Positions 50,679 to 62,849 of a DNA stretch of 64,000 bases are shown here, one piece after another (positions within the stretch are counted from its first letter, which is position 1; each line of letters begins with the position of its first letter). Below the pieces are notes generated by a model that saw nothing but the letters and a program-made list of their open reading frames with translations, had not been told where the DNA came from and searched no databases. The position numbers were made by a program, and so were the translations under genes. The DNA lies in the NCBI RefSeq assembly GCF_018350175.1, contig NC_058368.1, forward strand, positions 63,490,001 through 63,554,000. Direction: 5' to 3'. Source of the stretch: Felis catus. Its lineage: Eukaryota.

Positions 50679-51345
50679 GGAGACCAGTCTAAACAGAACA
50701 AGCCAGAGTTGGGTTTTTCCCTGTAGTTTGAAGAGCCCTACAGAATGATTCCTGACAAAATGCAACCTGCAATTGCCTGGAGAACAATTCAGTATTATGT
50801 GAAAGTTTATGATGTATTTAGTGAAATATTGTTCTGTTAGAAGTTGACAACTATGGTGTAGTTGTCTAGCATTAGAAAACTAGCCTTTGGGCTGAGTAGT
50901 AAAGGTAAGGAGAGCACAAGTATACAAAGGCCAGTATTTGGTGTTCAACTAAAAATAAGATCATCATGTCTACTTGAGTCTTTGCAGATTATCCTTTGCC
51001 TTAGAGGTTGTTTAGCCTACATTGTTTAAAGTCTGAATTAATATAGTTTTCTGTTTTTATAAGTTCAGTTCCAGATGTAATATTCCTCAAGAGTTTTAAA
51101 GGATAACTCAGATGGATGTATCCCATGAATTTTAAGACAGTAGGGAAATTGTTAAGGCTTAATTCTCTTTCCAGTAATTTGAGCAGGCATAGCATTCAGA
51201 GGCCTACTTCTGTATTTGCAATTTAGTCATGCTGTTTGAGTTGTTTGGTGCGTTTAATGTAAACAAATAAAATTCCATATTTTAAGACTGTTTGTTAAGA
51301 AATTGTCCAGAATGAGCATATTAAAATAAAAATTTTAAGGTCATT
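50679..51345 (+). ncRNA. MIR17HG: MIR17HG terminal exon (inferred)
   Basis: Branch-like TACTAAA ~50648, CTTCATTTTACAG| acceptor at 50678, resemblance to recalled human terminal exon, and AATAAA signals near the end. Confidence 0.6.
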
Positions 51346-51380
51346 CTTAGTTGTGGCAGTTTCTCTGGTGTTGTTTGTTA
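51266..51380 (+). terminator. Putative polyadenylation signals of MIR17HG
   Basis: AATAAA at 51266-51271 and 51325-51330, followed by GU-rich GTTGTGGCAGTTTCTCTGGTGTTGTTTGTT. Confidence 0.6.
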
Positions 51381-53504
51381 TTATAAATTGATCCAAACAT
51401 CTTTGCTTATCAATTTAAGGTAGTTGGGAAGTGGAGACGGGTCCTGAGGTGATTGTACTGCCTCTATTTGTTTACTAAAGCATTTGTAGTATCTATGGCA
51501 GCATTTGTGTGTTAGTTTTACAGATGAGGAAGTGAGATCAACAGTATTTATTTGCAAAGATCTAAGACCAGTGGAGTCTGGATTAAAACCCAGGTCAATT
51601 AGTCGATTTAAAAAAAAAAAAGGTTATCCTCTACTATTTTGAATCTGACAATGCTTAAATCACATTTGAATTTGCTTGATTTAGAGATTTGGGTTCCTAG
51701 TATATTAAATTCTGCTCGGGGCTCCCAAGTACAATTTTTTTTTTTTTTTCCAAATCACAGATCATAGGCACTTAAAATCCAGCTAGTTAACTTGTTAATT
51801 TAAGTAGGAAGCATCTTTATTTTGTACTTATTGGGATCTTGTCCACATGTTAATAGTTTTGTTTTTGTTTTTGACCTATTGATACATTGAAATTTGAGAG
51901 AGGAAGCCAAAGTGTGTAGTCTTAAACTGCTTTTTAATAAATATCTAAATATTTGATGACAGGGTTGAATGTTTTTTAATGGGTTTGTATTATACTTAAA
52001 CCAAATTAAGATCTTCAGCAGTTTGTCCAAATTGTAGTGTTTTTATAATAAGATGAAATTTAAGATTTTTAAGATATTTTGCTTGTGGCCAGTAAAGCAA
52101 TTCTAAAAGCAGAAATTCCATCCCTGTGCAGTTTTGAGTACTTGAAAAAGTAACTAAATTGGCAATGTAAACACAGGTTTAGTCATTAATGGGGCAAGTA
52201 TTTATGGCATAGAGGTAAAAACAAAAAATCCTGGGGTTGATGGCAAGTGGTGCCAAATATATTCAGTGCAATGTTTCCATTATTAACTGCATGCCTAAAC
52301 TTAAGAGTATGTACGCTTAGTAAAAGAAGATGAGTACATACCTGTTTACATGCTTGTTTATAAGATGTATGTATTCTCTGAAATTGTTACAGAAACTATA
52401 ATGTTCACTTGAACTTAGACTAAAAGACCTAAAGACATTAAAAGGTTCTTAAGTTCCACTGATTAAAGGAATCATTTTCCTTTACTTGGTTGAGGTGTTA
52501 TTTGTATGGGAATATAGACATACAGGAAGCTGGGACTGGCAAGAGTGGATGAAAATTACTTAATATTCAGGTTGAGGATGTATGCTTCTTGAACTATTAG
52601 GTACCTTAAAAGTCCAATTACATTCCTCAACAGATTCAATGCAAGGGCCATGTTCAGTGAACACTACTGGAATCTAGAGTGGTTACATGTTGAGATCAGG
52701 TTCTTAACCACAGGTGGGTTTTCAAAATAAAAACATGAATTCAGGTGTATAACAGTCTAGAAGCGAGTAGGACTGGATGCTAGGAAGACCAGCATTTTGA
52801 GAAACTGGTTGGTTTTGGTCTATGTATTGTAAGAACATGAGCCATATGAATGCAGCACATCAAAGCAGTACCTCGGAATTTGTATGGAGGTGAGACTAAA
52901 TAGGAATAGAGAATGTACATTTTGTGTTTCATACAGGTTTTATGGCTATTTTGCTTGGCATAAGCCTTTAAGCTGGTGCCAGTCTTACATTTGCTTCTGA
53001 ATCCATAGGATTTTCCTTCCAATTCTATGTAGTAAATAGTTACCCCTTTCTGCCCCAGTGATAAGCCAACTATGCAGTTGTTTTTGGATCTCCTTGGGGG
53101 TTGAAGTTTGTATTCACACTGGTCTACAGATCATTCTTGACAAATGATTTCCTAGCCCTCCAAAGAATTGTCAAATTTGTACCATCTCATGTTCTTTGAT
53201 CTATAAAATTCTAGGTTTACATGGAAAAGATGTAGTTTCTGCCATTCATTTTCTGAACATTTCTGAATGAATTCTATTCTTTACTGTTAATGATAACATT
53301 GTAGAGGCTACTTTTAAAATGTGGAACTAAAGTGCTCTGCCTCTCTTCATCCTTACTCAACTCTCCGAGCATCCTGATGGCTGACTTTCTTCATGGACTT
53401 TGCACTTGCTCTTCCCTTAGCTTGGAAAAACCCTTTCATATGGCCACATGATAACTGTTTCCAGTCTGCACAAATAGTAGATGAAACTAGTTCTCAACTA
53501 CATT

Positions 53505-53679
53505 TTTTTATGTTTATTTTTGAGAGGGGAGGGGAGGAGAGAGAGGGAGGCAGAATCTGAAGCAGGCTCTAGGCTCTCAGCTGTCTGCACAGCCTGATGT
53601 GGGGCTCGAGCTTGTGAACCATGGAATCATGACCTGAGCTGAAGTCCTGCTCAAACTGACTGAGCCACCCAGGCGCCCC
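53505..53679 (-). mobile_element. CAN-SINE
   Basis: Reverse head GAGCCACCCAGGCGCCCC; partial TSD AACTACATT. Confidence 0.93.
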
Positions 53680-55534
53680 CTCGGAACTACATTGATTTTC
53701 ACTCGCTGGGTCACTTTTCCTGATAGGGGACTAGTGGCCTCACTTGGGATTTTGTTAGAAATGCAGGATCTGGGGCCCTTTCCCAAACTTGAATTAGTGT
53801 CTTCTCTTAAATCATTTGCCCACCCACTCCCTTCTAGGATGCTCTGTGAAGGCAGGGATTTGTAAGTGTATTGATGCATAGTCAACACCTGGAACAGTAC
53901 TCAGCACATAGAACACCTAATATGTCTTGCATAAGTGAGTGGAAGTGCCCACAGGTGAATATGACTGCTTAAATGAGAGGCTCCGTAGAAGTTCACAGGC
54001 AAAACAAGACATTTGTCTGTTAGTCCATAATGGACTTAAAGGTAATCATTGTAAACTACATTAATGATAATCACATGTCTGTTGGAAAGGATTAGAGTAG
54101 TATGAGGTGGGAAACGAAAGCAAAAGATTACAGTATCTAGTAATCATCCAGGAACAATGAAGATCTTAAAGTGTCTGAAGCTTTAAGAAAATAGAAAACC
54201 TTCCCTTCTGTGTTCCCTTTGTGTGGCAGTGTTTTGGTGATGGAAGTAAATGTTGAACTTCACAATCTCACAAAATGAGCAACTGATGTTCAGGCTACCA
54301 GGTTAAAGGAGTGCTCGCCAAAGTGGTGCCGAGGAAGGTAACCTTGAGAGGCTTTTAGTGACAGGTTAGTTCTCAGCAGGATTTTGTTGCCTGAATGAAA
54401 TAAGGCTCTGTCTTGTAATGGTTTTTTAGTCCCTGTTCTCTGTTCTCCAATTTTAAATCCCCACCCCCTTTTTGTTTATCAAACAATTTAGCATTCAGAA
54501 AATGTCACCATGCTTACCAAAATACCATATGGTGTTCTAATTTTCTAAGTCTTAAGTTTCACCACCAGCAGAAGGTGTCAGGAATACAAAGAAGTCTTTA
54601 CGCTGGTTTACTGGGCTTTGATGAAATTCTGAGTTGTCTTTTTGACACCCTGGGACATAGCATCAGTAAAACCAATATCTCAGGGATATTTGTGGTGTAA
54701 GAAGGGTCATGGTAGAGTTGCTGAAGGAAAACCAGGTACCTTCTCGGGTTAGTTTTAGGAAACAACATACAGAAATTGGTAATGGCAATCGATTTTCTCA
54801 CACATGTCTGTAAATTCATTTAGTTTGTGTGCCCCAGAAATATGCTGTAGACTCTGGAAGACTTCTAAAGTCACAGGTGGTACTGGCTAACTGGTTGAGA
54901 AATTAAGTACCTACTTAAGGAGCCCCAGGGTAGTATTTAAGAGGGAGACTTCCTGGTTCAAGTACTAGCTTCTCCCATTAGCAATATAGGCAAATTGTCT
55001 TTACCTTGGTGACCAAGGTGGGAAAATTAAATACCTGTTCTAATGGTACCAGTCCACGTGAAGCCTGGAACAAATCCGAATCTGCCCCACCCTCAAAATG
55101 GGTTTTTTGTTTTTTAAGCTTTGCTCAGTTTGAACAAATTTTGGTGTGAGACCCACTTTAGGTCGTCTGAGGGATAAAATCATGTTCAGACCTGATCCTT
55201 TTGCACCCGATTGGGAACGGGAGTGACAGCTTTCCATCCCAGAAGCACACAGGATGCCTAGCAGAAGGGAAGAATAATTGTGAGTACATCCTTGCTGCCT
55301 CCAAACAGTGGGATTTCAGTAAAGGGAGGGGTGGGAGAAGAAAGGCAGAGAATTATCAGGTAAGATGACCCCTTGAGCACGTGTGCAAGAGGCAGACCTT
55401 CTTTAGCAGGCCTGCGACGTCCTTCACCTGCATGTGGCTTGGCTGATTGAGTTGCTTCTAGGTCTCAGTTTAAATGTTAGTCATTACCCTACTCAGGTCT
55501 CCATCTCTACCACTTGTTTCATTTAAGGCACAAC

Positions 55535-55948
55535 ACAGATTTATAGTTATGTAGGGGTCTCAAAGTGGGTCTCAGTTAAAATTAAGGTGTTAGCAGGACT
55601 GTGTTTCTGGAGGCTGTAGGACAGGATCCATTGCCTTTTCCATCCTCTAGAGCTCAGCTCTCCTTGGTTCTTAGACTCTTTTCCACCTCAGATCCAGCAG
55701 TTGTGGGCCAAGTCCACACGTTGCATTATACTGACCTCTGTCATCAAGTCTCCATCTGACCTTCTGCCTCCCTCTTCCACTTTTAAAGACCCTTGTGATT
55801 TAAGGACATGGGGCCCACCCAGATATTCCCAAGTAATCTTATTCTAAGGTCAACTGATTAGCAGCCCTAATTCTTTACCATGTATACTATTGGTAGGTTC
55901 CAGGAATTAGAGTGGGGTTATTTGAGGAGGATCACTCTGCCTACCATG
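55535..55948 (-). mobile_element. MaLR MLT1 LTR
   Basis: AAATTAAGGTGTTAGCAGGACTG...TCTGCCTCCCTCTTCCACTTTTAAAGACCCTTGTGATT...CTGCCTACCA. Confidence 0.8.
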
Positions 55949-58419
55949 AATCGCCCATGTCACTTTTGGGCATTGTAATAGTCCCAGGCCTGTGTAACTA
56001 CTTTGGATTTTATTCAGACTGAGCTTAAGTTAATGAATTAAGGAAAATACTTTTAAAATTTTGGTGAGAAAAAATAGACCTCAGACTATCTTAAGAATTT
56101 TCCTCTGCAGTATTTAAATGTCAGTTTATAGAGGTTCAAAGAGAACATGATTATTCAGAAATATAGTAACTACCCCATTGTCACTCTTGTCTGAGTAAAA
56201 CAAAGATTTTATCAGATGAAAAGAGTTCATAGTATATTTCTCACAAACCCATTCTGGAAAAAAATTGTAGGACTGCATCAGTCTACTAACCGATTATTTA
56301 AAGAAAGACTTCCAGGATGATAAAACCATGAAATAAATATTTATTAGCCAATAAAACATGTACACATTAAAGAACTACTGTAAGAAGTGAAGAGACAGAA
56401 TATGAAGAGAGCATTGGGCTGTAAAACCTCAAAATTGGCAAAAACTAGGAAATCAGCCACTGGAGACAGGTAGAAGGTAAATAAACAATTTATCCTTTGG
56501 TTTAATTAGAGTACAGAAAATGTTTGATTGTTACTTTTATTTCAAAGCATCAACCAGCAGAATAAAAACACTAAACTTTGAAATTACTAGGAAACGTGCT
56601 TAAGAAAACAACCCACAAAGCTAAAGACATGAAAGAAGGAAACAAAAGCAAGATGATTTTAACAGAAATTCTCAGAAAACACTTTTAAGTAGTTTGTGTT
56701 TTAACTCAAACAGTTAAGTTTTATAAACCTGTAAGCTTTGGTTATTTGTAGGCATAGGAAGTGAGGCATATGATGGTTTGGTCATGCTCAGAGGTAAGTC
56801 CTGGCCCTTACCTTACTGCTCTCTGGCCTGGCAATAACATCTGCTAGTATACGTGTGCTCCTTGAAAACAAGAAGCAGATCTTATTTTGTATTCCCCAAG
56901 ATGAGTGCAAAATAGACATTCAGTAAATATCTGTTGAATGAATCAAAGAGCACTCCCAAATATAATTTTACAATTAGTGTATTTTCTGATTTATAGCAGT
57001 AGATTTCCACACTATCCTAACGTTCTTGATGAAGAACGTTATGATGCCAAATTTTGTCCAGAGTCAAGATTGTGCTTGCTTTGACGTAGAGGATAGAAAA
57101 AAGACAGTCTGTAAATGGCAGGGCTAAGGGCCAGGACTTCATATGTGATGTGTCGTGACCTGGTGGCTTCTGAGGGCTTTACTGATGTGTCATAATGTGA
57201 TAAAAAGGGTTCAGAAGAGATTTCAGACAGAAGTTAACTCACAGTTTTCCTGCTTTGTAATTTAGGAAATGGGTCCATGACGTCAGAACCAGTTTTTTGT
57301 TTTTTTTTGTTTTTTTTTTTTTACTTTCAGTACTGTTCTCCCAGATCACTGGAGTCCTTGGGCAGTAAACTGCTCAATGAACTGACAAGTGTTTATGAAA
57401 GTATATATTGATAACTGGTGTGTCTTCAAGAAGACATCAGTGATTCTGGGATAAACTTAACATGTGTAAATTAGAATTAGTCAAATGAAGAAGTAACTGG
57501 TACTAAATAAAACCCTGAGCAAGTAAGTGCTCCCTGAGCTCAGGGACAGTGACTGATACCGTGTGTGCATTTGGCATATAGGTATTTATAGCATTTAGGT
57601 AATTAACTCTGTCTAGTTTAGCATGCGTAAATACAGTAATCAAGTGTTTCACTGATTTGGTCTTGGTATGTTTCTCCTTGTTTAATATGAAGAATCTAGT
57701 ATTTTCCAGATTTCTCCAGCCAAAGCTGGAATGTGCAGTTTAGTGCCCAGTGAAACCATTTGGTCATGATTGATGCTACTGACAGAGAATAAGTTTCTGA
57801 TTTTGAATTTGAGACTTCTCACCACTATAGAAGTGTTTTGCCCTCTTAAAATGGTAAATTTAGTGAGGTTACATTGCAGAAATTAAATAAGCATGTTATA
57901 TAAATACTATTGTATTTTAAGTAACTGAGAATAACTTAGTCTTGACCTTTGTCCACTTTTTAAAAATACAATGCTAAAGACAGTATGTGCTACTAAGACT
58001 CTGAAGAAAAGCTTGAGACCACTGGTTGATTTTTACACTTTAACCATGATTTAATAATCTATGTTCTCCTGACACAGTTTTGTCTTAAACTCATGGAATA
58101 ATTGGGCCAAATTCGAGGTGATCAATTTCTACTAAATAGTTAACCATAAGGTATATTTGTGTTAGCAAACAAAATGCTTTCAAAATGTCCCACTTTTGAA
58201 ACTGTTTGAATTTTTTATGTTGACCCAGTAACTTTGTTTGCAAAGGTAAACTGAAGTGGAGTTAAGCAATTGCCTGGCAAATTTTATCACTGAGATGACC
58301 ATACAGGATAAAATGAAAAAGCTGAATTTTAGAAAATATACTTGATGACAGCAGACCTTTACTCTTCCTAGATCTTTAGTAGGAGTTTTTGTTCCAGGAA
58401 TTGTTGGAGCTCTAGTCCT

Positions 58420-58552
58420 GCATTCTTTTTTCTCCCTCTCTTTCTTCCCTCCCCCTGTCTCTTACTACCTCCCTTTCTTTCTCTTTCTCTCTTCCCCTTT
58501 CTTTTTTCTCTTTCCCTCTTTTCCTTTTTTTTCCTCTTTCCCTCCCTTTTCA
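58420..58552 (+). repeat. CT-rich low-complexity polypyrimidine tract
   Basis: Seen directly. Confidence 0.85.
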
Positions 58553-59999
58553 TCTATCATTTTTCCATCATCAATGATACACACATGGTTAAGGGTTTTG
58601 TCTAATAATCATTAACCCATCCTTACAAAATTTTAAGTATTTGAGGAACTATCAACGTAAAATACATTTCTAGTTTCAATTGGATGCTTGTCATTCATAT
58701 GGAAAACTCAGAGGCAAAAGTATTATTTTAAAAAATAGTATATTTTGAAACAGATGACTAAGATCAAGATTATTTTCTATCAGATTCATTAACTTACTTC
58801 AGAATCAACTGCCTATTTGTTGAACCATCTCCTATTTCCTAGTCATTTCAGCTTCAAAGTTCCTGGACTTAACATGGTGTCTAATATGTCCTGCTGCCAT
58901 CTTAATCTGAGATTAAATAAAGGCCTTTTAAGTATTTTTTAATCTCATGAACCCATCCCCAAGTAACTGTGTTTAAAAGATTGCATAATGATTTAAAAAA
59001 ATATATTGCATAATGATGTCAAAGAAAAGCTTCTTGTATTTCAAGACCAGGAAAGATTCCTTGGAATGTGGATAGCTGGGGTTGAAGGGAGCAGAGAATG
59101 CAGAAACACCATGGCTTACCCCTGGTTTCATGGGGGCAGGGCCGAGGTAGGAGGTAAACAGAAAGTCCAGACACACTGGGAATGTGACAGCCAGGTTTGC
59201 CACCTCACTCAGGTGACAGGCCTGAGAATTCTCACCAGATTTCTCACGACTAACTGTGGCATGAGAGAGCAGCAGAATGATTCCTGTGCATGTAAGGAGG
59301 CCTGGAAGTGTCAGAAGGATCCTGCTTGCCTGAGAGTGTCGTGCTTGAAAAGGCCTTCAGTCATGAATAAGAGACAGCCCAACAGTGGCAAATATGGTCT
59401 AATATCCAAAACTCAATGTGGAAAAAGCCCCTCCCTATCCTGGAATTTGTGGCTGAAATTCATTATTGCTACATGTGTCCATGGGATTAGAGGCCAAAGA
59501 TATTAAGAAAGCATTATTGGAAAAGTTTGGTCTAGAATCGTGTAAGAGAGCAAGTAGATTAGAAAAAAGTAGGTGGTAGTTACAGAAGTGAGGTGGGAGT
59601 TGCGACCACCACAGACACTAACCTGGGAGCCCACAGTACAGAACTGGTGGGATAAAGTGGACACTGCTGAAAAAAGCAAAAGGACCTGCTATGCCTCCTT
59701 ATTCTCTGAACTTTGACCTCCACAGCAAGGAAGGGGGGTTATAGCCACTCCATCCCTACTCATTTATTTAGTCTCTTTGCTGAAACGATGTAGTAACTAA
59801 CAAGCCAGGCTGTTATGCTGCAGAACTGCATAGGGCAGGATGATGTGCTGCATTGCCTTGTGCAGAACCTTGAGACATTATTTCTTAATAATCTTAAGAT
59901 TTATGTTGAGTGGCTTGAGTAATTTTGCTTTAGACAATTTATTCAGTTCTTCATCCTTCATAGAGGACTTGTGAATGTCTTTATGTTTAGTTACAGATA

Positions 60000-60225
60000 G
60001 TGGCAACTAACAATTCTCGAGTGTCAGGCACTGGGTATCTATTTAATCCTGACAGTAACACTATGAGATAACTGCTGTAATTACTGTTCCCATTTCATAG
60101 ATGAAGGAACTGAGGCAGGGAAGCTATGTAGTTGACCCCATTCACAAAGCTGATAAATGGAGGAGCCAGAATTTTAATCGAAACAGTCTAGTTCTAGAGC
60201 CAGTTCCCTTAACTGCTGCACTGCC
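60000..60225 (-). mobile_element. MIR
   Basis: ATTTAATCCT...CCCATTTCATAGATGAAGGAACTGAGGC. Confidence 0.8.
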
Positions 60226-60649
60226 TTTCAGACCAGTGTATCATTATGATAATTATGCTAACAGGATGTAAGGGAATAGCAGCAAAGCATTGACATTACC
60301 TACTGCCAAACAGACAAATCTAGGGCAATTTTAATATCTGAGTTTTTACCTTCCCCAAATTTTGTAGAATGACCACATTTTTATTATAATCACAAAAAAG
60401 GATAAGTATAATTTCTATGAAAATTATGCAAAGAGTAGTATAAAAGACTGTCACTGGAAAGACTGAGAAATACATGGAAAATGTCCATCACAATGTTATC
60501 CAAGTGGTGAGATTTTTTTTCAGTGATTTTTTATTTTCCTGCACTTTTATTTTTTTGGTTTGGATTTTAAGCCCCTAGTTTTAAGAGCAAAAAATAAAAA
60601 TTACATGTGGACTTTATGCTAAAAATTGATAACCGTGGTACAATCAATG

Positions 60650-61800
60650 ATTTTCCAAAAAAAAAAAAATACTACCAAAAACGATACCAAAAGCACATAA
60701 ATTGTTAATGGATCAATAACCAAGAAATATTTTAAAATGTAACTGAACTACACCCCTCAAAGACTTTGAGCCTAGAGAATTTGGGGTATTGAGTTATTTT
60801 AAATTTCTGAGGCTGAGCCAATTCCAATGCTATTATAAACTCTGAAACAACAGAGGAAAGGTAAAAGTCTTCCTAATGCATTTCTTCAAGTTAGCACTAA
60901 CATCTGAGAAAAATACTAAATCTAATAGACGGTAATCTCACTTATGACAGATGCAAGATAACTACATAAATATAATGCAAATAACATAACAAATGTAATA
61001 GTATATTAAAATGGTTGCTGTCACCACTGTGACTTAGCTCTACTTTGGTAGTGTTTAATGAACTCAATGAAAAAAATAGAACACAGAAGTAATTGGCCTA
61101 ACTATTGGACAAGTGGAGGCAAAATTATCATTATCAGCCTTCAAAATGATTGTCTTCCTGGGAAACCCAAAGAAAATCAGTGGAAAAATTACTAGAACTA
61201 AAAAAAAGAAAAATTGGACTAATGAGAAATTTCAATGAAGTTATTTAACACAAAAGTAAGATATAAAAACCAATGGTTTTCCTAGATACTAGCATATTTA
61301 TGCTACAAAGCAATTTTAAAGGCTAAAAAACAGTACAAACAGTAGAAAACATTTAGAAAAAAATCTTTAGATATGGAGAGTGAAAGGTAGAAAATTTAAG
61401 CTTCACTGAGATTCATAAAAGAAAAGTTGTATAAACAATGCGAGCCAGGTTTCTATATGAGAAAAACAGCAATATATCAGTCTTCCCATACTGCATTATT
61501 GAGCTAACACTGCTCCAATAAAAACTCAGTGGAATTTACTTTTGGATCTGGCAAAAATAATTCCAGTATCCATCTGGAAGAACAAACAGGTGTGAAGATG
61601 GGAAAAAGGTGAACAACACGGGAAACATAGGAGGCACTGAATGTTTTATGAAGTTAGACTAATAAAGTGAGACACACTGGTAATAATCAAGACAAATCAG
61701 TGGAGCAAAATAAATAGGCCTCCGACAGCCATTATATAGAAGAACTCAAAAATAGGTAAAATACAAACCTACACTAAAGAATATGTCTGAAATAAAAAAA
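60650..61800 (+). mobile_element. Highly decayed ancient L1 ORF2 relic
   Basis: A-rich sequence with remnants such as CAAAATTATCATTAT...ATGATTGTCTTCCTGGGAAACCCAAAGAAAATCA...ACTAGAACTAA. Confidence 0.55.
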
Positions 61801-61860
61801 GGAAATAAACAATAACAAAAGAGAAATAGAAGTACTGTTCTTAATATAAAAAGCAATCAT

Positions 61861-62081
61861 AGGGTTGCCTGGGTAGCTCAGTCGGTTGAGCGTCCGACTT
61901 CAGCTCCATGATCTTGCAGTTCATGGGTTCGAGCCCTGTGTTGGGCTCTGTGCTGACAGCTCAGAGCCTCGGAGCCTGCTTCAGATTCTGTGTCTTCCTT
62001 GCTCTCTGCCCTTCCCCCACTCATGCTCTGTCTCTCTTTCAAAAATAAACGTTAAAGGAATTTTTTTTAATTAAAAAAAAA
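61861..62081 (+). mobile_element. CAN-SINE
   Basis: Head, GGTTCGAGCCC B box, CT tract, A tail. Confidence 0.95.
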
Positions 62082-62338
62082 AGTCATAACAAAAGACATC
62101 ACAAAGTTCTCAAAGAAGTGAACAGGCAAAAGGTGGATGTTGATAATTTAGGGAAAATGAGAAACAAGTGGCAAATAAATATAGTGTGTGCTGGTTGGGA
62201 GAAATGGCAGAACTAGTGCCAGGCAAGGGCAGTATTGGTGCTTATTTCTATGCCACAATAATCCCAGAGATTTCTACTTGGTGGTGAAGGGAATATTTTC
62301 AGAACATTCTTAACATACATCACTACATTTTCTATTTT

Positions 62339-62825
62339 TGTGGCAGACTGTTCATTCCACCTCCAAATCTGTTGTCTCACCCCCCACATCTAGAAACAGG
62401 ATCAGCAAAGTTTTACCTGGCTGTGGCTCCCAGGAGTTAACCACCCCACTCTTCTGGGTACTGCGTATATACAGGTACTGGCACACAATAGACACATAGA
62501 TCAATGGAACAGAATAGAAAGCCCACCAATGGACCCAGCTAGAGACTATAGGCTCCTTTGCAGTAGGAGTGGCTAAGTGAGTAAGTTCTTGCTAATGATA
62601 AGTAAACACAGGTGATAGGTGCAGCTTTCAGGTCACTTCCTTTAAAGCAATGTGCTTATCTTCCTCTATCTCTTTTCCCATCCTTGAGAGGAAATACGGA
62701 TCTGGTGCTGGTGAGTCAACTTTGGCTATGCAGAGAAGTAGAATGGAACTCTAGGGTTGAAAGCAACAGAGTGAAGGAGCTTGGATTTCTAGACATCCTT
62801 TTGGAGTGGAGCCTTCGACATTAAA
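62339..62825 (+). mobile_element. Old MaLR (MLT1J-like) LTR fragment carrying a ~100-bp insertion
   Basis: TGTGGCAGACTG start; CCCAGCTAGAGACTA...CCTTTGCAGTAGGAGTGGCTAAGTGAGTAAGTTCTTGCTAATG. Confidence 0.55.
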
Positions 62826-62849
62826 TGGGGCTGCGCTGAAACAAAGGCT

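Larger units (their letters stand above)
44766..51345 (+). ncRNA. MIR17HG: miR-17-92 cluster host gene (pri-miRNA/lncRNA); both ends inferred
   Basis: CpG island, then spliceable exons recognisable as human MIR17HG-like sequence (AAGATGGTGGCGGCTACTCCTCCTG|GTGAGT; CAG|TCATACACGTGGACCTAACTGCACC), then six canonical miRNA hairpins. AATAAA at 51266 and 51325 with a downstream GU-rich tract. Confidence 0.9.
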
